Shown: positions 10,741 through 23,665, numbered from the stretch's first letter. The stretch: 64,000 bases of DNA from Vicugna vicugna (GCA_013265495.1 MU058781.1:4527050-4591049); one strand, 5' to 3'. Notes: generated by a model not told the origin, from the letters alone. Program-made: numbers and translations.

Positions 10741-12649
10741 ACCATTAAAGAAGGAGCAAGCTATCTGTTGCCCCCTCCTTCCTCCACATTTAGTACTTTA
10801 GAACTTCTTTACTTCTTAACATGTGTCATAGAATCCAGGAGTCCAGTAGCCAAAGGGAACCCTTCTTTCACCATCTGTTCTAGTGAAAGAAAACGATCAC
10901 CTTGAGATGTCTATGAAATGATGGCTAAATATCCTTTCTAAAGAAGGGGGAGTGGGGTGGGGACCTCTTAGCCTCCTTCAGGCCCCTGCCAAGTCCAGCA
11001 TCTAGTTACCACCAGAGGCCATCACCACGGCTTATCTGCTCCACCCCTGCAGAGGCCCAAGAGCCCTGAGGAAGAGTCACAGACTCTGCTCCCAGTCAAG
11101 CCCAAGAAGTACAGATTTCCTCCGCTCTAGGACAGCCACCCCTCCTCTTGTACTGCAACCCACTAAAACCCAAGGGGCTTCGCATTCATAACCATTCTTT
11201 TTCCACATCTTTATTCCGGCCTTTTCTACTGCTGCTGCCTTTCTGCCCTAAAACGTGTAGTTCTCCCCACCCCACTCCAGGGCATGGGCATGGGGAGTTC
11301 CCTTTGAACTGCTTCACCTCTCTCCTCTCAGCCAACCTTCCCTCAAGTCATCTCACCCACCTTATGTTTCCCTAATGCTCATTTCTTCCCTAACCTAGGC
11401 AGTCCTGCCCATACCAGGTGGCACCCCTGAAACCGTGAGCTCTGAAATGTCAGCGGTAATCCTAGACCACATCCAACAACAACCTTTTCTCACTTCTCAT
11501 TCATCTTTTAACTCTCTGAAACATTTTGCAGTTTGGTAACAACCACGTCTACCCCCTAGCTGTCCCCGTTTGATTCCTGTGGCACTCTTCCCTCCTGGGT
11601 TTAACCACACGTGGGTGTTTCCCTACTGCCTCCTTTACGGGTCCTCTTCCAAAGGTGGGAGCAGGAGGATGAACTATCCCCAAGGCTCATACTATTCCTC
11701 ATCCTTGTACTTTCCTCATCACCTGTCTGCTCTGAAATAGCCCACTGATCCTCACTGCTAAGGGGACAAAGTACCGATTTGTTATCCTCTCCTTTGAGGT
11801 CTTCCTCACGACCCTGCCCAGCCAACATTACCTCCAGCCAGGCTACTGGCCTCCTCCCTAGACCACAGGCATTGATCAAGTCCAAGGCTCTACCTGGACC
11901 ACATCCCTCCTACATTCCTCCTCTCTGTCCAAATTTTACTCCTATTTCAAAGTCTAGCTAAACTCTCATCTTGTCTCCCTTGTATTATTAACGCACAGAA
12001 AACCAGGAAGGCGTCTAATACTCTTGCCTATCCCCTCAAAGCCTATGGTAGACATATGGAAGCCAAAGAAAGCCAAACATATAAAAGGTATTAAACAATT
12101 TATTTAATAAACATCCTTAATCTATATATCAGTTTTTCTTGACCATCACAGCAACAAGCAAAATACGAGAGTTTTTAATCAACTATTCCTTGCTTTGCAA
12201 ACACTAGGGATCATAAAGTCTATCACTATACATTACAGTTATCATGTCACAGGTTTAGGTTGAAAAATTCAGTACTAAATAGACCTATTTGTTTTCCCCA
12301 CTTATTGGGATTAGGGTAAGTGGTCATTAGCTACTGGCACTGCGTCATACTTGACTATGCGGCCTAAACGGATGGCTTATGCCATCAGTGTGGTTTATCT
12401 GAAATGGTGATAAGCAGATCTTTCCTATTTTACAAAACCAGGCATTTGGTAAAGCATCTAAATATAAACATCCAATAACATGACGCCAAACACTGTCTTT
12501 AAAAGATGACACTGATGGGGCTTACTATTAGAGAAAGCAAGCACCTAGGAAAACAGCATCTTTTTATTCATCTTTAATTGTTTATAACTTAATCCAAAAC
12601 TTTATTCTTATTTCAGACATTTATTCAAATATCACTCTACAAACCACAT

Positions 12650-13113
12650 CTGCTGTATCAGAAACAGCTAATTATCCCCCAGTGTGCACTCCATTCTTTA
12701 GCTGTTAAATCCCCAATTTTCAGCTGGCCATTGCTCAGCCTGCCTTTCAGCTAGATATGGCCATGACCGAGTGTCATAAGATATAGGCAGGAATGTCATG
12801 CGCATCTTCTGGGAAGTAACTGAAGGAAAGGAGTGTCCCTTTCTCCTTCCTTCCTTCCTGATAATTAAATGCATTTGAATGACTTGGACCCTACAAACCT
12901 GTTGGCCCATGAGTGGAAGCATGTGTAGGGAGTGGGGGAGTAACCAAACAGAAGGAGCCTGGTCCTTGATTTTTACAGAGCAGAAATACTAGCCCTGCCA
13001 TACCTACCTCCAGAGTTCACTTTACAAGAGAGAAATAGATGTGTACTATATTTAAGTCACTGTCATTTGGGGTTTTCTGTTATGCTCCACTAGACCTAAT
13101 CTTAACTGATATA
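12650..13113 (+). mobile_element. MLT1J-like ERVL-MaLR LTR
   Basis: cagctagatatggccatg...cagaaggagcctggtccttgat...cctacctccaga...gagagaaata...tttaagtcactg...ctaatcttaactgatata. Confidence 0.75.
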
Positions 13114-13349
13114 CCAACCTGAGAATCAAAACCTGTAACTCAAGTCATAATTTCCAGAAATTCCAAAACAAAATTCTGACCAATATACATGTACACAGCT
13201 TTGCTCCCAAAGACCATGTACTTGCCAATTCGTTTTTTTTTTCTGTGTATTCAAATGGGTCCATTTCAACAAAATAGTCTAAAATAATATTATTGCCTTT
13301 CCCCATCCTTGTTCCTTTGTGACTTTCTTTACCCAAATAAAAGAGAGGC

Positions 13350-13589
13350 TGAGTGGTGTCATGGAACCTGCATGCAAAGTGCAGTATGAGAAGTTAACGC
13401 TCATCTCTGCCCTATATTAGCCATGTGACCCTGAATACATGACATCCTGTATTCAAAAAACAGAGTGAATAATTTCCATTTGAATCATTCAAAATCCCTA
13501 CTGGGGTTACTGTGAGAATTTAATGATAGAAATATGTTAAAGAGCCTAGCCAGTTTCTGGTATTTTGGAAGGGCTTAATAAATGATTGT

Positions 13590-13590
<1 letters not shown>
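13350..13590 (+). mobile_element. MIR SINE
   Basis: ctctgccctatattagccatgtgaccctga...ggggttactgtgagaatttaatga...gcttaataaatg. Confidence 0.65.
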
Positions 13591-13597
<7 letters not shown>

Positions 13598-13624
<27 letters not shown>

Positions 13625-13803
13625 NNNNNNNNNNNNNNNNNNNNNNNNNNNNNNNNNNNNNNNNNNNNNNNNNNNNNNNNNNNNNNNNNNNNNNNNNNNN
13701 NNNNNNNNNNNNNNNNNNNNNNNNNNNNNNNNNNNNNNNNNNNNNNNNNNNNNNNNNNNNNNNNNNNNNNNNNNNNNAAAAAAAAAAAAAAAAAAAAAAA
13801 AAA
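13598..13803. other. Assembly gap (153 N, 13625-13777) flanked by poly(A) runs
   Basis: A27 at 13598-13624, then the N run, then A26 at 13778-13803. Confidence 0.98.
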
Positions 13804-14040
13804 CTTAACCACAGAGCAAATGGCTCCCAAGCAATCAACTTTTAATCAATAATTAACAATTTCCTCTTTTAAGCAGAGAAAAATTGTACCCCTCCAACAG
13901 GTGTCAGGATCTTCTGTACAGAGCTGGTTACTGAGGCTGTTGGCCTTGCAGCTTTAAGGCTATGAAGTTCAGCTCCCCCATAGGCAGTAAGGATTCATAA
14001 GGAGCCCAAGACAGGGGCCATTATTTGGTACAAGTTAAAA

Positions 14041-14567
14041 TGCACAGTAGGTCTTCTGCAAAGATGCAGCCAACCACCCTTCTCAACTCCATACACACAA
14101 GAGCACCCCACCCTTCATAGCAAGAGGGAGAGTCTACTTTTGCTTCCCTCTGTGACTTGCTTTGACCAATAGAATGTAACAGAGTAGCATTTAGTGAATT
14201 ATAGGCCTAGGCCTTAAGAGATCTTGCGGCTTCTGTTTGCTCTCTTGAAAGCCAGCCACCAAGTGAAGAAGCTTAGGGTAGACTACTTATTGAATGATGA
14301 GAGACCTCCTGGAGGGAGGTCATGTAGAAGAGAACCAAGGCCTCCCAACCAGCAGCCAGCATCAAGTCCCCAGGCCACTCCCCAACCCCCGGGATGTCCC
14401 CGCCCCACCCAATTTCAGATGAACGCACCATCAGTGGCCCCAGCTAACATCCGAAGGGGCAAAACTGCCTCGCTGACCCATAGAATTGTAATAAACAGTA
14501 AGTTGCTGTTGTTTTAAGTCACTAAGTTTGGGGATGGTTTGTTAGAGAGCAGTAAGTAACCGATACA
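14041..14567 (+). mobile_element. MLT1G/H-like ERVL-MaLR LTR
   Basis: ctgtgacttgctttgaccaatagaatg...aggcctaggccttaagaga...gttgttttaagtcactaagtttggggatggtttgtta...taaccgataca. Confidence 0.85.
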
Positions 14568-14977
14568 AAAGATGAGATCTGTCTCCTATGGTGTTCAGAA
14601 CACAGGACACAGGACTCATCACCTCAATGCCTCTTCCCAGTAAACCCTCAATTCTGTGACCTCAGAGAAGATACCAACGTGTAATCTCAGCTACTCCAGC
14701 TTAAGGGCATTTACTTATCCCTGCACATCCTTACCTTTTGAGGATACTGCTTTAGGCTGCCCTTTGAGCTCATTTTTATTATTCTTCTCTATCTCTTGTG
14801 TATAACATTAAAATGGCAAATAAGAAATAACATAAGGGAAGAATTATGAAGATAACCTGGTCTCCAACAAAGATGTTTGGGTGAGTTTCTCCCCCACCAG
14901 TTGGCTGTGCCAATTCACTATAATTAAATCCCCATTCTCTACTCCTAAGTGAATTTCTTGTTACTAAACCCTGCAGT

Positions 14978-15868
14978 AAAAATAATAATAGCTAACATTC
15001 ATTGTATTCTCACCAAGTGCAAGGCACCATGCCAAGTTTCAGAAGCAGTGCATCATTTAATTTTTTAAACAACTCTATGAAGCAGGTTCTATTCACTTAT
15101 TTATCAAATGTTAATCAGCCAGTTACTGTTTCAGGTATGGGAGATACAGAAACAAACAACATAGACAAAGACTCTGCCCTCATGGAACTTGCATTCCAGG
15201 TTTGGATAGATGCACTAAATAAGTATAGGATGCTGAGAAACGCAAACTGTGGAGAAAAATAAAGCAGAATAAGAACTTTCCTGTTCAGGCAATATTTCAG
15301 CAGGAAAGGAGGATGGATATAAGGGAAGAACATGTGAGGCCAGGACAATTCCCTGAGCTAGGAACATACTTATTGTGCCCTAAGGATAGCAAAGAGGTCT
15401 GAATGGCTGGATCAAGAAGAGAATGTTTAAAGGTGAGGCCAGAGAAGTACCAAGGAGACAAATCAAGTATCGCCTTCTAATCCACGGCAAGGACGTCGGC
15501 TTCAGGAGCAGGGAAGGCATGGGAGAGTTTTGAGATCACATTTTTATAACAAATCACTCTGTCTACTATATGGTAGGGGAAGGAGGGATTGGTTACAAGA
15601 CTAAGTTAATAATCCAGGTGGGATATGATGGTGCTTTGGACCAAGGTGGCAGCAGAGGAAGTGGTAAGAAACAGCAACTTTCCAGAAACATCTGGAAAGC
15701 AGAGCAAGCTCTATTACTGTTTGTGTCATTACTCCCATTTTGCAAATGAGGGAACTAAAGGTAGAGTAACTTGCCCAAGATGGTACAGCTCACAACCACA
15801 GAGCCAGGACTCAAGGCAGGGTTTGATTCCAGAGCTCATCCCCTTCACCACACTGCCCCACTGCCTCA
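14978..15868 (-). mobile_element. MIR split in two (14978-15093, ~15716-15868) by an L2 insertion
   Basis: aataataatagctaacatt...aacaactctatgaagcagg, then later tcccattttgcaaatgagggaact...taacttgcccaagatggtacagct...ccactgcctc. Confidence 0.8.
15094..15702 (-). mobile_element. L2 3' fragment inserted in MIR
   Basis: ggagatacagaaacaaacaacatagacaaagactctgccctcatggaactt...aataatccaggtgggatatgatggtgctttggaccaagg. Imperfect TSD agcaggttctatt / agcaagctctatt. Confidence 0.8.
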
Positions 15869-17919
15869 CTTTAAAAACCTCTGAGCTTCCTAAGTCAGAA
15901 ATCCCAGGGGTCACACGGTCCCACTTCTACCTCGTCCCATCACACAGAAAATAGAAAGAGCCCAAACCCCAGCGCCATTCAGCAGATTGCTGAAGAAGCA
16001 CTGTGCCCTCGAGACTTAAATAATCTCCCACTTCCCTTTATGTGAGCTAAGACTCAGAGCCATGCTCTTGGATATGGACAAGCTCTTGGCCCCGGGATCA
16101 CCAAAACTCTGAGTGAACGGTTCTTCTCTCTTGCAGAGATGGCTGAACAATTCCTCCCCACTGATGACTTAGAGATCAGGATAACAAGTCACAAAACAGT
16201 CCCACAGACTCATGAAACATTTTGTTTTCAAGAGCTCAAACAATTTTATCATAACCTGCCACTCAGTAAGTTTAAACGTGAGCTTGAGTGGAAAGAAGGT
16301 TTCCACTACCAAGTTCCACGAGTTGGAGAGCTTTGATTCTCTTACTCTAGTTGGAATTTTCCTGCTCATGAACTTTCACATTGTAATCCAATGATAATCC
16401 CAATGTGGGTTCTTCTTAGAAGAGATGTGTGTACACAAAAGACTTGACGCAAAAAAACACAGCACTGTAAGCCATCAGCTGGTCATAACCTTGATGTACT
16501 CGGTTATGAAATTTTTTTTAAAAACTTTTCTTATTAATTTAAGGTCTTGTTAAAATTCTCTAACATAACATAGTTTTAATAAAAGGAACCAAGGTCCCTT
16601 CCCCCACTTTCAAATTTCCTATCAAAGACAAAAAGGCCTTCTCTGGATCAATCTCTCTCTTCTTTCCAAAGCAGAGGGCTCCAAGACTTTCAGCTGCAAA
16701 GCCTTGGAGACCCCAGAGGTTCAACTGTTAAGAACACCAATTTCCGGCTGAGGAATCACATGCAAAGAGAGTGAAGGATAACTGACATCACAATTTATTG
16801 CCCCAAAAACAACCTTCTCAACTCAAAGCAAAACCATAATTATTGGTGAGAAAGACACTGCCTGTTAACTGGCTGTGAAAGAGTGATTTACAATGCATTT
16901 TCCCTCACAGTAGAAGGCCTCTTGGCAGTCACAAATACAGGTTTTGTGTATTCAGAAGCAAAGCTCAGAGGAGCAGAAGAGAGTAAAAAGGATATTCAGC
17001 ATGGGAAGTGTGCCCTTTTCCACCACATTTATTCCATAAAGTCACAGCACTGAGAGCTCTTGGAAAATTCCCCATTAGGAAAACAAACTTGCACCATGAT
17101 AAGGACAAAAACTGAACACTTTCTTTTTTCCCCCCTTTTTTCTTGTTTTCTCTTAAGTAGTTTCATATCCGTTGAAATCTCCTGCCTGGGATTTACGGCT
17201 CACAGGAAGGCAGCCCTTGCACAGTGAGGAGAACACTAATACAATTTTAAGTCACAGTACAACGTGACCTAACCTTGCCAGAGACAGACGGTGTAAAACA
17301 GTGTTAAACTCCCGTATCTGAGAGAGCTGTCGGGCATGAAAGCTGAAACAACGCTGCAAGATAGGCAGGCGTCTAAGGGTACACTTCCCTGATGCTACCA
17401 GGAGAGGGGCTGGTTAAAGGAGACCGTAGGAGAGTCTGGGAAATAAAAAGGGGAGGCGGACAGAAAAGGAGTCTGGAGGAGAGAGAAAGTCACCTAGGGA
17501 TCAGACCTTCAGAGGAACTGCCTAGAAAGAAACACTCCCTGGCAGTGGGAACCTTCTTTGCCACTGTCCCCACCCCAACAGCATATTCACAGAGGGTACT
17601 GGATCAGGAACTCACTGAGCCTCCTCCCCAAACCTGGAGAACTTCTTCCGTGTTTGTCTTAGTTTTTCCGATCAAAACAGGTGCCCCTGATGCAGAAGCT
17701 CAGGACTCATTTCCTTCCTAAGACAGAAGGGGTATCCAAAAAGGACTGACCTCTGGAAATACCCTCCAGGGGAGCTGGGAATTAGTCCATTTTAGGACTA
17801 CTGGGACATGGCTGGATATGAAGAGAGAAATGAGTGTAGATAACACTTTTCTTCCCAGAGTTCTTTTAAGAGACATGAGTGTGTATAACCACAGAGTGAA
17901 AGAGGATGGAATTCGAAAC

Positions 17920-18065
17920 AAAATGAAACCTAGGGTTCAAATGCCATCTGTCTTTAAGCAACTTACACTCTGAGTCATATCTGTTAAATGGGGCTGAAAT
18001 AACTCCAACAAGGACTTGCTGTGGATCTGACGTGAGGCTATGTATCCAAAGTGCCCGGCACAAGG
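17920..18065 (+). mobile_element. MIR fragment
   Basis: cctagggttcaaatgcc...atctgttaaatgggg...ttgctgtggatc...aaagtgcccggcaca. Confidence 0.6.
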
Positions 18066-18339
18066 CCACCACTAAGCGGGGACTCAGTGCATGGGGGTGC
18101 CTCCTGGGCTGCAGTGCCTGAGTGGATGACCCTAAACCCCAGGGTGTGACTCTGTGGGGTAAACAGGGCTGAGGGTCCATTGGCTCTACTGGCTGTACTG
18201 AGGCTAAGAATTGAGAAAAAAACAAAATCTCTAAGAAAAAGAAATAGACTGCCACCTGTAAAGAAGACTGACCATATAAAGGGAGGGGACAAGAGCTGAC
18301 AGCCCAGCAGCACACCAACAACGGGCCCTAGATCATGGA

Positions 18340-18521
18340 CAGGGTTGTCACATAAAACACAGGATGCTCAATTCCCTTTGGATTACAGGTCAACAAGGAA
18401 TTACTTTTTTAGTATAACTATATCCCAAGTATACTTGTACTAAAATTTTATTTGCTATTTATCTGAAATCCAAATGTATCTGGGCAACTTGCATTTTTAC
18501 TTGTTAAATCTGGCAACCCCG
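18340..18521. mobile_element. MER53 palindromic hAT MITE, full length
   Basis: cagggttgtcacataaaacacaggatgc...tttttagtata...tactaaaatt...tttatctgaaatccaaat...aaatctggcaacccc. Partial TSD atcatgga/atcatcca. Confidence 0.85.
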
Positions 18522-20464
18522 ATCATCCAGTGCATTGTTCCACCAAAGCAATTCGGAAAGAGATCCAGAAAATTGTTTGGAAAGTCAGACCATGAGAAAT
18601 TCAGGGGCCCACCATCTACTTCACACACATTGACTCCAGAATGTCACCCTGCTCCCCCAGCCCATCCCCAGGCAGGACCAAGCGCCTGAGGAGTTGAAAG
18701 ACTGTCTCCCACTAGTCCCTTCCAGCACACAGGGAGTTAAGGACCCAGGTTTCATCATCATTGCAGCATCACTAAGCCTCTCAGGGAAACGGGACACAGC
18801 TCAGGTTCCACAACAAGGACCTGGGCTTTCCACACTCAGATGATTGCTTTTCTCTAGACACCTTATTGCATTTGCTGTAATTACTATGTTTCCCCCACCT
18901 GAGGATATAAGCAGGACCCCCCCCCGCCCCCAACCTCATCGGGTCCTAGGCTGGTTCTCCCATCCTCCAAGATATAAGCCACATCTGCAAGCTGTCAGCA
19001 GCAGTTCCCTTTCCCCAAAGCCTGTCCTGCAGGCTAAGCTGAGGAAGGTGTGGGAGGCGAAGGAAATAACATGGAGCAATGAGGTCTTCCCTCAAGGGTC
19101 CACAGGCACGGGCTGAAAGGACACACAGAAGAAGGCCTTGAAACCTTGCAAGGGCAAAGTACAAATGAATACACCACAGACAAAGGCGATTTGAAAGAAC
19201 CCAGCCTTCAGTTCATCTAGGCCACAGGGAATGTTCTGCTCTTTGTGACAGGTTCAGATTTCCCCTACTCAATAAATATAAAGTAAGCTGGACCCAGGAC
19301 TAGTGCAAGACAAAGAAACCCAGGGGCCCGAGCAGGAGGCAAAACAGTGGTTTGTTAGCTATAAAGAAAAGACCAACTCTTGAATTTCCTCCCTCCTGCC
19401 GTGGGAAGGCATAGCTGGTGAAGCCCATTCCATCACCCACAACCCACATCACAGAGCAGAAGACGTCAGTCTGAGAGTCAAAGGAGGACAGCAGGGGAGG
19501 AAACTGCAAGGTCAAAGTGACCAGTTGGGGAAGTCCAATGACTAGACAGGTTTAAAGCATTCTTAGACGGTCTGCAAGGAGTGGGAACAGAATGAAAGGG
19601 GGAGGGCGTCCAAAGGGCTGTGGAAAGACAAGGGACCATAAACTTGGAGTACCTCCTGGAGTTTTACTGACCGGCCTACAACCTCCTGGGGTGCAAGTTA
19701 AGAGAGGGCAACAGAGCAAGGAAGCAGCCAGCCAAATACAAAAGAAGAGGGGTGTGGAGCAGAGGTTAATTGTGGCCGTCAGAGATGAGTGGTTACATGG
19801 GGAGCTTCATTTAAAATTAACGAGGCATCGGTTGCATTTTATAGGTCTGGGTAGGGCAGAAAGGAATGGCTCATTGGAAACTTTTCCTGACCAACACCTT
19901 CAGGCCGAAGAGACAGACATGGGGTCTCCACACCAAGAAGCACAAAGGTACATGGATGCCAAGAGCCAAGGACGGGAGAGTGGTTCCATCCACTGAGGAT
20001 GGGTCAGGGCCAATACAAGAGAGGTCTTGGGAGAAGGAGAGGCCACACAGCCCAGAGAATCGGCATGGTTGAAACTTGAGCTGAACCTCTTGCTCTGCTC
20101 TGAGATCACATGCAAGAAAGAAAACCTCAGTACCAACTCATTTGAGCTTCTGCCTCTTACTATCTCCATCCTCAGACTTAGAAACAGGTGAACAGGGGAG
20201 GGGAGCGATGTATCTTGGACTCAACCAGGCAGCGCCAATAACTAAGCATGAATGCTGCTATAAATTTGACGTGGGATGGGGGTGAGGGTGGAGAAGCTCC
20301 CTGGAGTCTCTCTCAGGCTGATCCTACATCATAAAAGAGGCTAAGAGCTGCCTCCTCCGAGAAGGCTCCCCTAAAGCCCGAGTGGAGGGAATTACTTCTT
20401 CTTTTGTGTATTTTGTTCAAATTTCTATTATCTCATTTTCCTGATTTTTTTTTTTTTGGCCATT

Positions 20465-20562
20465 GTTTGATTCAGGAATGAGAACTTTGTCTCATTTATC
20501 TTTATCCCCAGCACACAGCATAATGAAGCTTAATAAAATTGTCCATAGGTAAAGGAATGAAA
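20465..20562 (+). mobile_element. L2 3' terminal fragment
   Basis: gagaactttgtctcatttatctttatccccagcacacagcata...cttaataaaattgt...gaatgaa. Confidence 0.6.
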
Positions 20563-21269
20563 AGACAGAGTGAGTTTCTAACTATGGTAACTAATCAGAG
20601 ACGGGGATGAACCAGAAAAGAGGGAGGACTCCGGGGAAAACAAAATGCACACATCCTAAAGCTGCAGGCTCAGAAGGGAAGAGGATCGTGGTAATGGGCA
20701 AGACATCCAGAAACGTTCCAGCGGAACTGCGAGCGTGAGGTGGCAAGCACGGGCCTAGGGATGAGCAAAGGGAAGGAACTGAAGTGAAAAGACAGAGCGC
20801 CTGTCTCTTCTTGGAGGATCAAAGTTTCCCAGCATCAGGAAAGAGAGATTCATAAGACTGTCAACAACCAGAATTCATGCAAACGCTCGCAAGCTCATTG
20901 AGCCCCAAACGCCGAGATGTCTAAAACTGTAACTAACTGTTCACCGGTCACCTTCTCATCAAGTCCACCTTGGGAGGAAACCTGAAACAGTGGAGGGAAA
21001 ATACAGACATGGATCCACCACCTCATCTTTTTCCTCTCTAAAGAAAACAGGTCTCAGAGTAACACCTACAACGGGGAGAATAAGAAATGCGTTGTTCTGA
21101 TGAGACATCACAGATTCAAGGAGCTAACATCCCAGCTGCACGCCGGTCTATCTTTCTTCCCCTGGGAGGACCTGCTAGGACTGCGCTGGAGAGTTCAGGC
21201 ACAGACCCTGTGGCCAAAAAGCCATCCTCCTCTTTATTCAACTGTCGTTCCACTCGCACAAAAACACAC

Positions 21270-21527
21270 ACTGTAGTAGTGGACAGAGACTTCAGTGTAG
21301 AGCTGAGCTCAACTCTGAACACAGCAAAGACAGCTGGAGATTTATAGCCAGTGGGCAGAGTGAGGGGGTCAATGGTTGGAAAATTGATTAGACAAACTTG
21401 ATTAGATGTCAAGGGTGGGGATATTCTTGCCAAACTGGGCTCAGCAAGCCAAGGACGAGGCTTAGTCCAAAAGAGTGTTCAAAGGAGCCTGACTAAATTT
21501 AGTTTGGTCAAGGTGGGGTCCTTGCCA
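21270..21527 (-). mobile_element. MER31/MER67-like ERV1 LTR fragment
   Basis: gagctcaactctgaacacagcaaagacagctggagatttatagcca...ggagcctgactaaa...tttggtcaagg...ttgcca. Similar to the copy at 58090. Confidence 0.75.
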
Positions 21528-22854
21528 CGGGAGGATCATCTCTGCTCTACAGGGCAGAAGGCCCAGTGAAGGGGCCCCAATACTTTCACACTCAGAGGCA
21601 ACAAGGAAGGGGTAGGTGGGGATTGGCTGGAAACTAAGCAAGGACCTGACCTGAAGCCAGGTTCAGGGCCTCTGAACCCTGAGAGAGCCCACTGCTGGGG
21701 TGAAAGGAAAAGAGGTGAGGACGAGACCTGGAAAACTCCGTGATAGAGAGATCAGCAGAGCAGAGCAGAGCAGAACTAACAAGCAGTGATTCCTGTGTCA
21801 GGTTTAAATGACAGGACCCCACCAGGAGAATCTGTAGAACATGTTGGCATGCATCAGGGCTACTCACAATCCACAAGGGGACCCCTGAAACAATCACTGA
21901 ACTTCTTACATCTGGATGTAATGGGGCCCTCAGAATGATTTTGGATCGAACATTACAAGAAATATGACCTTACTTTATTCTCTAAACTGGTGAGGTGGGC
22001 CCTTCTGGCCACTACATATCTTATCTGTATAAATGTCCTCTGTTGTAGGGACCAACTCCACTAACACAGGTTACAAATGGTTTTTGTTTGAGGGGTGGGA
22101 GAGAGAGCAAAGTTAACCTAGACTCAGAGAACTATTTCCAACTGGGGACCTAACAGATTCTTTTGTCCACCCAGACCCCTGAGATCAACAAAATGGGCCT
22201 TGCCCAACTGACTCTTCTGACATTCTGGCAGAGAAACTGAACTTACAAACTAAGAGCTCGGCTTGATTCAATTCAGCATGTTAAAATCCCTCCCCCACCC
22301 AATACCCAGTTTCTCTTGGCTTTATTATATATGATCAAGTGAGTTTGAATGAAACTGTCTCCAAGTCCTCATTTTTATCTCATACTGACAATATTATTTT
22401 TATCAAGCTCATATTTCAAGAAGCTTTATTCTACTCTGACTTTCCTGAACCAGGGGAAATTATCTTGTTCCTTCCCTTGGGTTTGAAAGAAAACCTTTCC
22501 ATAACTAATGTTTATCAGCAGTGCAATTTCTTTTGCAAGAAATTGAAACCCCCTTGATGTAGAAAGGAAAAGAACACCAGGGCTGGGATGATAGGCAGAC
22601 ACCAAGAAAAGCTTAAGGGAATGGGAGGTCCACTTTCCAGGAGCTCTCCCCTCTGTGTGCCTTCCTGGGCCACGTGCTCTCAGAGAAATAGCCAAGAGAG
22701 CTTTCAAAACTCATAACCACCAGCGCAGCCTGGAATCTGACCAATCAGAACAGAAAAGGGTCCCAGGGGTCCCTGGCTGGATTCCTGCTAGGCAGGCTTT
22801 AACTCTTTCACTTCTTGATTGGGTGGGGGGATTTCTAGGAAAGCACAGCAGGGG

Positions 22855-23665
22855 TGTATTATGCAGGGTTCTCCAGAAAAACAGCACCAACAGGCTATAT
22901 ATGTGTGTATATATATGTATATACCCTATTTTATCATGCTTTGCTTTATTGCAATTCACAGATAGTACATTTTTTATAAACTGAAGGTTTGTGGCAACAC
23001 TGTATTGTCAGGTGATGGTTAGCATTTCTTAGCAGTAAGTATTTTTTAATTAAGGTATGCACATTTTTTTAGACATAATGCTACTGCACACCCAATAGGC
23101 TACAGTATGGCATAAACATAACTTTTATATGCACTGAGAAACCAAAGAAATTCGTGTGACTCACTGTACTGTATTTGCTTTATTGCAGTGTCTGGAACAA
23201 AACCTGCAATACCTCCGAGGTATGGCTATATAGAGAGAGAGAGACAGACACAGGCAGAGACAGACACAGAGACACAGACAGAAAGAGACAGAGAGATGGT
23301 GAGACAGAGAAAGACAGAGACAGAGAGACTGGGATTTTAAGGAACTGGCTCATGCAGTTAGAGGAGCAGACTTGTCCGAAATCCGTTGGACGGGCCCCTG
23401 GCTGGAAACTCAGGCAGGATTTGATGCTGCAATCTTGAGGCAGAATTTCTTCTCCAGAGAGCCTGTTTTCACTCTTAAGACTTTCAGCTGATTAGATGAA
23501 GCCCAATCACATTATCCAGGGAAATCTCCTTTACTTAAAATCAACTGAGAGGAGATGTTAGCCACATCGACAAAACACCTCACAGCGACACCCAGACGGA
23601 TGTCTGATTGAGTAACTGGATACTAACGAAAACCTAGCCAAAGTGACATGTAAGACTAACCAGCG
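22855..23665 (-). mobile_element. MLT2 (ERVL) solo LTR containing a nested Tigger1 derivative and a (GA/GACA)n microsatellite
   Basis: tgtattatgcagggttctccagaaaaacagcaccaacagg ... aaggaactggctcatgca ... gctgattagatgaagccca ... cctagccaaagtgacatgtaagactaacca. Confidence 0.85.
22916..23228 (+). mobile_element. Internally deleted Tigger1 (short artiodactyl-type derivative)
   Basis: Tigger1 5' end (tttattgc...aactgaaggtttgtggcaac) joined directly to its 3' end (gatggttagcatt...agacataatgcta...tctggaac...ctccgaggtatg), inserted in a TA tract. Confidence 0.85.

Noticed and set aside
13546..13838. ORFs with poly-F and X runs
   Set aside because: Artefacts of translating poly(A) and the N gap.
16122..16336. 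Acceptor-like ttcttctctcttgcag followed by ATG and ORF MAEQFLP..., reminiscent of the TNFAIP3 N-terminus (MAEQVLP)
   Set aside because: Similarity stops after 7 residues, the ORF ends at 65 aa with no OTU-domain sequence, and no further exons are seen. Treated as coincidence.
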